Source of the DNA: a bacterium
GTDB lineage: Bacteria > Bacillota > Clostridia > Christensenellales > Aristaeellaceae
Length of the DNA: 5,721 nucleotides
NCBI GenBank assembly: GCA_963624325.1
Contig: CAVFPH010000027.1
Location: 15,353 to 21,073 of the forward strand
Reading direction: 5' to 3'
Part shown: piece by piece, positions 1 through 4,935 of the stretch
Layout: every line of letters begins with the position of its first letter
Position numbering within the stretch: the first letter of the stretch is position 1
Made by a program: the position numbers and the translations under genes
Notes under the pieces: model-generated
The model's input: the letters and a program-made list of their open reading frames with translations, nothing else
Told to the model about the DNA's origin: nothing
The model's database searches: none

Positions 1-48
1 ATCCTAAACGGCGTTGTGCTTGGCGGCAAAAAGGGCGGCAAACTGTAA
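1..48 (+). CDS. Possible 3' end of an upstream gene (partial, product unknown)
   Basis: Frame 1 is open from the window edge to TAA at 46-48 (ILNGVVLGGKKGGKL*). A strong intrinsic terminator follows at 72-105, which implies a + strand transcript ends here. Frame 3 (stop TGA 54-56) cannot be excluded. Only about 15 codons are visible. Confidence 0.25.
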   Translation: MLNGVVLGGKKGGKL

Positions 49-71
49 GCGGCTGAACACTGCATCTGCCC

Positions 72-105
72 GGCGGCAGCACGAGGGTGCTGCCGCCTTG
101 ATTTT
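72..105 (+). terminator. Rho-independent terminator of the upstream + strand gene
   Basis: Perfect 11-bp GC-rich stem GGCGGCAGCAC (72-82) / GTGCTGCCGCC (87-97) with the 4-nt loop GAGG. It is followed directly by the T-rich tail TTGATTTT (98-105). Confidence 0.8.
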
Positions 106-126
106 CATGGCATTTTCCCGTATAAT
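98..126 (+). promoter_or_regulatory. Sigma-A/sigma-70-type promoter for the 194-874 gene
   Basis: TTGATT (98-103), a 17-bp spacer, then a perfect TATAAT (121-126). The -35 overlaps the T-tail of the preceding terminator. The RBS AGAGGA (181-186) lies 7 nt before ATG 194. Confidence 0.7.
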
Positions 127-193
127 ATAGGGGTAAACGATCCTGATCCCGCAGCCCAACGGCTGCGCTTCACTGCTGAAAGAGGAAATTCCG

Positions 194-874
194 ATGAAGA
201 TCAAAACACCCTTGACCAAACAGCGCCTTCGCACCCATTTTACCTATCATTTCTGGAAATACATTTTGTCGGCTGCGCTGTGCGGCTTTTGCATCAACCT
301 GCTTTATACCACAACGGCCTACCGCTCCCCCGAAAATCTGCGCATCGATATCTACCTGCAAGGCGCATCGGCATCTCAAACAAAGGTTGATGCCTTTATG
401 GAAAAAGTATGGCAGGCATCGGTTCCGGATATGGAAACGGTCAGCACGGTACTGCTGCTTTCAAGCACAACGGATGACACATATTCCACCATGCAGCTGG
501 CCACCTATATCATGGCGCATGAAGGCGACCTCTATGCGCTGTGCACGGAGGACTTTAAGCGCTATGCCGGCCAGGGCGTCTTTGTGGATTTGTCCCCCTA
601 TATTGAATCGGGCGAACTGAATGTCGACGGCATTGACCTTGCCAGCGGATACGTTACGCTGCTGGATGAGGACGGCAATCCCACCGATTCGCAGTCGCTC
701 TACGGCATTCCGCTCTACACGCTTACGGGATATGCCGATGAATTCGGGATGAACAGCAGCGACATGGTTATCGCCGTCACGGCATACAACGGCAATGAGG
801 AAAATGTAATTGCGTTCCTGAACGAGCTGATCCGGGAAGGCCGCGGCAGCGAGGCGGAGAGTGCAAATCCGTAA
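194..874 (+). CDS. Hypothetical single-pass membrane-anchored protein with a solute-binding-protein-like ectodomain (function unknown)
   Basis: 226-aa ORF with its own promoter, RBS and downstream hairpin. The N-terminus is basic (K2, K4, K9, R11, R13) and is followed by one hydrophobic helix (about aa 24-41, ILSAALCGFCINLLYTTT), so the positive-inside rule predicts N-in/C-out. The ectodomain carries motifs I associate with family-1 ABC solute-binding proteins: HEGDLYAL...FKRYAGQGVFVDLSPYI and DEDGN...SLYGIPLY. I recognise no confident family. Confidence 0.8.
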   Translation: MKIKTPLTKQRLRTHFTYHFWKYILSAALCGFCINLLYTTTAYRSPENLRIDIYLQGASASQTKVDAFMEKVWQASVPDMETVSTVLLLSSTTDDTYSTMQLATYIMAHEGDLYALCTEDFKRYAGQGVFVDLSPYIESGELNVDGIDLASGYVTLLDEDGNPTDSQSLYGIPLYTLTGYADEFGMNSSDMVIAVTAYNGNEENVIAFLNELIREGRGSEAESANP

Positions 875-889
875 AATGCGAATGCTGAA

Positions 890-920
890 CCGCGTTCGGA
901 CATTCCGGACGCGGCTTTTA
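890..920 (+). terminator. Stem-loop with a short T-tail: probable (possibly leaky) terminator after the 194-874 gene
   Basis: 10-bp stem CCGCGTTCGG (890-899) / CCGGACGCGG (905-914) containing one G-U pair, with loop ACATT and then CTTTTACTGT. Only four consecutive T residues follow, so efficiency is uncertain. Confidence 0.5.
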
Positions 921-943
921 CTGTGATAAAAGGAGAGGACACC

Positions 944-2230
944 ATGCGCTACGATGCGGTCGTTTTTGATTTGGACGGTACGCTGACCAACTCTTGTGAA
1001 GGCATTACAAATGCCGTGCGCCACGCGCTGAACGGGCTTCAAAGACCCGTTCCGAACGATGCGGAGCTGCGCAAATACATCGGCCCGCCGCTGGTACAAT
1101 CTTTTCAAAAATATGACGGCATGGATCGGGCTGCGGCAGAGCGGGGCGCGATGCTGTTCAGGGAGTACTACGTGCCGACAGGCTGCTTTGAAAACAAGGT
1201 TTATCCGGGCATTCGTGAATTGCTGAAAGCTTTGCATGACGGCGGCGCAAAGGTGTTTGTCGCCACCGGCAAGCCCGAGGATACCAGCTGGAAAATCCTG
1301 CGGCATTTTGGGTTGGACGGCTACATTGACGGCCTTGCAGGCCCTGCCAGCTCCACCTCTACGGAAAAGAAGGCCGATTTGATCCTGCGCGTGCTGGAAA
1401 ACGTTTCATACCAACATGCCGTTATGGTCGGAGACCGTGACAGCGACATCAAGGGTGCACATCGGGCGGGCATAGACAGCATTGCCGTGGAATACGGGTT
1501 CGGCGAGCCCGAAGAATTTCAAAACGTGCAGCCTACCTACACGGTGCCTACGGTGGAAAAACTTACAATGCTGCTGCTGGGCGATATGCCCGCACGCCGC
1601 GGGTATTTTATCAGCATGGAAGGGCTGGACGGCTGCGGAAAGACCACGCAGGCCGATGCGGTGGAAAAAGCGCTGCGCGACCGCGGCTATACCGTGCGCA
1701 GAAGCCGTGAACCGGGCGGATGCCCGATTTCCGAAAAAATCCGCGATATGCTGCTGGATGTAGCCAATACCGGCATGGACGGCATTACGGAGGCCATGCT
1801 GTATGCGGCCGCGCGGGCGCAGCATGTCCGCCAAGTGATTCTCCCTGCCCTTGCGCGGGGAGAGATTGTCCTGTGCGACCGCTTTGTGGATTCCAGCGTA
1901 GCCTTCCAGGGCGGCGGACGGGAACTGGGCGTTCCTTTGATTGAGCAGATCAATGCCCCTGCCATTGAAGGCTGCCTTCCGGAGGCCACCATTTACCTGC
2001 GGCTGGATCATGAGACGGCCCTCAAGCGCCGGGAGCATGCATCTGCGCTGGATCGCATTGAGCAGGAGAAGGCTGCTTTTCACGCGCGCGTAGAGGCTGC
2101 CTACGAAGATATTGCCTCCCGCAATGCCGAGCGCTTTATCTGCGTGGATGCCTCCCGCACACCCAAGGAAATAACGGATGATATTTTGGACAGGCTCTTT
2201 GAGCACATGCACACAGCGGGGGTGGCTTAA
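944..2230 (+). CDS. tmk: Bifunctional fusion protein: N-terminal HAD-superfamily (subfamily IA, phosphoglycolate-phosphatase-like) hydrolase and C-terminal thymidylate (dTMP) kinase
   Basis: I prefer ATG 944 as the start (RBS AGGAGAGG at 931-938, 5-nt spacer) over the track's GTG 923, giving 428 aa. HAD motifs are present: I VFDLDGTLT (Asp codons at 968-970 and 974-976), II VFVATGK, IV VMVGDRDSD. Tmk motifs follow from about aa 220: P-loop EGLDGCGKTT (1622-1648), SREPGG, CDRFVDSSVAFQGGG, and an Arg-rich LID-like segment LKRREHASALDRIE. There is no stop codon or frameshift between the two halves. Confidence 0.93.
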   Translation: MRYDAVVFDLDGTLTNSCEGITNAVRHALNGLQRPVPNDAELRKYIGPPLVQSFQKYDGMDRAAAERGAMLFREYYVPTGCFENKVYPGIRELLKALHDGGAKVFVATGKPEDTSWKILRHFGLDGYIDGLAGPASSTSTEKKADLILRVLENVSYQHAVMVGDRDSDIKGAHRAGIDSIAVEYGFGEPEEFQNVQPTYTVPTVEKLTMLLLGDMPARRGYFISMEGLDGCGKTTQADAVEKALRDRGYTVRRSREPGGCPISEKIRDMLLDVANTGMDGITEAMLYAAARAQHVRQVILPALARGEIVLCDRFVDSSVAFQGGGRELGVPLIEQINAPAIEGCLPEATIYLRLDHETALKRREHASALDRIEQEKAAFHARVEAAYEDIASRNAERFICVDASRTPKEITDDILDRLFEHMHTAGVA

Positions 2231-3292
<1,062 letters not shown>

Positions 3293-3299
3293 TCATCAT

Positions 3300-3342
3300 A
3301 AAAAGCAGGAGGCCGCCTGTATGGGGTGGTCTCCTGCTTTTT
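3300..3342. terminator. Bidirectional rho-independent terminator shared by convergent mnmA (+) and the isomerase gene (-)
   Basis: AAAAA (3300-3304), then stem GCAGGAGGCC (3305-3314) / GGTCTCCTGC (3328-3337) with one G-U pair and a 13-nt loop, then TTTTT (3338-3342). The A-tract and T-tract give a U-tail in both orientations. The element sits 8 nt after the mnmA stop and 8 nt from the isomerase stop. Confidence 0.85.
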
Positions 3343-3349
3343 GTATCTA

Positions 3350-4192
3350 TCAGAAAAAATTGCGCAGGTAATCTGCCGCCAGACGGATGTCGGCCACGGG
3401 ATTCTCGCCGACTTCGCGCTCTATGGTCAGAAAACCGTTATAGCCGATTTCGCGCAGCGCATCCAGATATTCCTTGAAGGGGACACTGCCCTCGCCGAGG
3501 GGCACCTCAATAAAGGCGTTGTCGGTAACGGGCTCCTGCGGGGCAACCACGTGGTAGATGATTTCGGGATCCCGATCCAGCAGCTTGCGGCCGTCCTTGG
3601 CGTGGGTATGCACGATATAACGCTTCAGCGTATGCACCGCCTGAACGGGATCATCCCCCGTAACCATGACCAGATTGGCAGGGTCCAGGTTGACCGATAC
3701 GCCGGTGGAATGCAGGCTGTCCAAAAATCCGCAAAGCACCTGCGCGGTTTCGGGGCCGGTTTCCACCGCAAAATGCGCATGCAGGCTGTCGGCATATTCG
3801 GCCAGCTTGCCGCATGCATCCTGCATGATATGATAGCGCGGATGGGAAGGATCCTTCGGAACCACACCGATATGCGTGGTAACGATATCGGTTCCCAGCT
3901 CCTTGGCCATATCCAGAATGCGCTTGGAGGTTTCAATCAGCCCGGGGTTCAGCTCCGGATTGCCGAATCCCTTGCCCAAGTCCCCGCAAACGGCCGAAAG
4001 AACCAAGCCATGATCCTGCATCTGCGCCGTAAATTCCTTTTTGACAGCGGGGGTTACACTGTGCACATCCAAAAGACCGTGCCCGCCATGCGCCTGAATG
4101 CCGGATGCTCCCAGTTCACAGGCAATGTCCAGCGCCTCGGTCCATGGCGTTCGGAAGGAATCCAGCATTACACCAATCGGAAAAGCAGACAT
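3350..4192 (-). CDS. Sugar phosphate isomerase/epimerase, xylose-isomerase-like TIM barrel (AP_endonuc_2 family); substrate unknown
   Basis: 280 aa. The alternating beta/alpha pattern and spaced acidic/His residues (HFAVETG, VNLDPAN, HTHAKDG, FLTIERE) fit the Glu-Asp-His-Glu metal-site pattern of this fold. The RBS AAGGAG (complement of 4203-4208) lies 10 nt upstream of ATG (complement of 4190-4192). The stop is TGA (complement of 3350-3352). Confidence 0.88.
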   Translation of the reverse strand: MSAFPIGVMLDSFRTPWTEALDIACELGASGIQAHGGHGLLDVHSVTPAVKKEFTAQMQDHGLVLSAVCGDLGKGFGNPELNPGLIETSKRILDMAKELGTDIVTTHIGVVPKDPSHPRYHIMQDACGKLAEYADSLHAHFAVETGPETAQVLCGFLDSLHSTGVSVNLDPANLVMVTGDDPVQAVHTLKRYIVHTHAKDGRKLLDRDPEIIYHVVAPQEPVTDNAFIEVPLGEGSVPFKEYLDALREIGYNGFLTIEREVGENPVADIRLAADYLRNFF

Positions 4193-4262
4193 AACAACAA
4201 CGCTCCTTTACAGCATCTCTGCTTTTTATTTCGACATGCAGGCGGCGATTCCTGCAAAGCGA

Positions 4263-4291
4263 TTGACAAAAATAAAGGTAGACGATATAAT
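4263..4291 (+). promoter_or_regulatory. Consensus sigma-A promoter of the MarR-family gene
   Basis: Perfect TTGACA (4263-4268), a 17-bp spacer, then a perfect TATAAT (4286-4291). Confidence 0.8.
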
Positions 4292-4292
4292 A

Positions 4293-4319
4293 TTAAACGT
4301 TTAACTGATAAACGATTTA
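4293..4319 (+). promoter_or_regulatory. Putative MarR operator: two related palindromic sites just downstream of the -10
   Basis: Site 1 is the perfect 12-bp palindrome TTAAACGTTTAA (4293-4304). Site 2 is TAAACGATTTA (4309-4319), with TAAA/TTTA arms around CGA. Both cover the predicted +1 and early 5' UTR between the -10 and the RBS AAGGAGG (4323-4329). Confidence 0.5.
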
Positions 4320-4337
4320 CAAAAGGAGGCTTCGGCA

Positions 4338-4811
4338 ATGGAGGAAGATCGGGTGGCGGCATGGTGCGAAAAAATGATGGCGATGCGCCGTGCGCACGTT
4401 CGCAGGGCATTGCTTCGGCACGGGCTTCATTTGGGCCAGCCCGAAATGCTGGAATTTATCCGTACGCATCCCGGCTGCACGCAAAAGCAGATGGCCGACA
4501 GCGCCGGCGTGACGCCTGCATCTATTGCGGCCTCTTTTAAGCGCATGGAGGGGGCGGGGCTGATTGCCCGCCATGCGGACACGGCAGATACGCGCTGCAA
4601 CCGTGTATATATTACGCAGCAGGGCGAAAAAGAGCTTCAAAGCAGCATCTTGGAAATTTCCCGGCTCAATCGGCAGATGCTGGAGGGCATTTCACAGGAG
4701 GAGCTGGCTGCGTTCTGCCGGTGTATGAAAAAAATGTGCTCAAATCTGGATCAAAACGGCGGAAAAGACGATGATTTTGCATCTGAAAAGCAGGATGATC
4801 TCCAGATGTAA
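4338..4811 (+). CDS. MarR-family winged-helix transcriptional regulator (Cys-rich, acidic C-terminal tail)
   Basis: 157 aa. The winged-HTH core is typical of MarR: GQPEMLEFIRTHPGCTQKQMADSAGVTPASIAASFKRMEGAGLIARHADTADTRCNRVYITQQGE. The RBS AAGGAGG (4323-4329) lies 8 nt before ATG 4338. Confidence 0.9.
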   Translation: MEEDRVAAWCEKMMAMRRAHVRRALLRHGLHLGQPEMLEFIRTHPGCTQKQMADSAGVTPASIAASFKRMEGAGLIARHADTADTRCNRVYITQQGEKELQSSILEISRLNRQMLEGISQEELAAFCRCMKKMCSNLDQNGGKDDDFASEKQDDLQM

Positions 4812-4859
4812 CGCATCGGATGATTTGCATTTGCGCTGAACGAAAATCGAACATTATGC

Positions 4860-4888
4860 TTGCAATTTCATGACGGATTTATTACAAT
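4860..4888 (+). promoter_or_regulatory. Sigma-A-type promoter for the peptidoglycan-binding protein gene
   Basis: TTGCAA (4860-4865), a 17-bp spacer, then TACAAT (4883-4888). A small 5'-proximal hairpin CGTGC-TGTTACG-GCACG (4896-4912) follows, then the RBS GAGGTG (4924-4929). Confidence 0.6.
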
Positions 4889-4935
4889 ATATTTACGTGC
4901 TGTTACGGCACGCTGAAAACTGTGAGGTGCGTCAC

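Noticed and set aside
135-142. The 8-mer TAAACGAT downstream of the 121-126 -10 box also occurs in the second putative MarR site (4309-4316), hinting that MarR might regulate the 194-874 gene
   Set aside because: Only a half-site is present and there is no TTTA partner arm. A single shared AT-rich 8-mer in AT-rich intergenic DNA is well within chance expectation. It is worth rechecking only if the MarR motif is defined experimentally.
4-379. Minus-strand ORFs 4-234 (76 aa) and 170-379 (69 aa)
   Set aside because: They overlap a + strand terminator, promoter and the start of the 194-874 gene. They have no RBS, and their translations are Cys/Arg-rich and look like noise.
923-943. GTG 923 start given by the ORF track for the HAD-tmk gene
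   Set aside because: The strong SD AGGAGAGG (931-938) lies downstream of GTG 923 and is optimally spaced for ATG 944. GTG 923 has no SD and sits only 3 nt after the hairpin tail.
461-1306. 281-aa antisense ORF across the 194-874 gene, the intergenic hairpin and the HAD domain
   Set aside because: It has the same codon-aligned shadow-frame geometry. It has no RBS and a low-complexity Arg/Ala-rich translation, and it crosses a predicted terminator.
4098-4410. Small ORFs in the divergent intergenic region (68 aa on +, 80 aa on -)
   Set aside because: They have no SD sequences. They overlap the ends of the isomerase and marR coding regions and the consensus promoter, and their translations are low complexity.
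3326-4540. 404-aa + strand ORF covering the terminator, the whole isomerase gene in antisense, the divergent promoter region and the start of marR
   Set aside because: It is a codon-aligned shadow of the minus-strand isomerase gene. It begins inside the bidirectional terminator and runs through a consensus promoter. The translation is Gly/Arg-rich with no motifs.
4812-4859. Tandem ATTTGC ATTTGC (4823-4834) after marR, considered as a terminator or operator
   Set aside because: There is no stem-loop with a U-tail and only two copies of a hexamer, so support for any function is insufficient. As a consequence, no clear terminator separates marR from the next gene.
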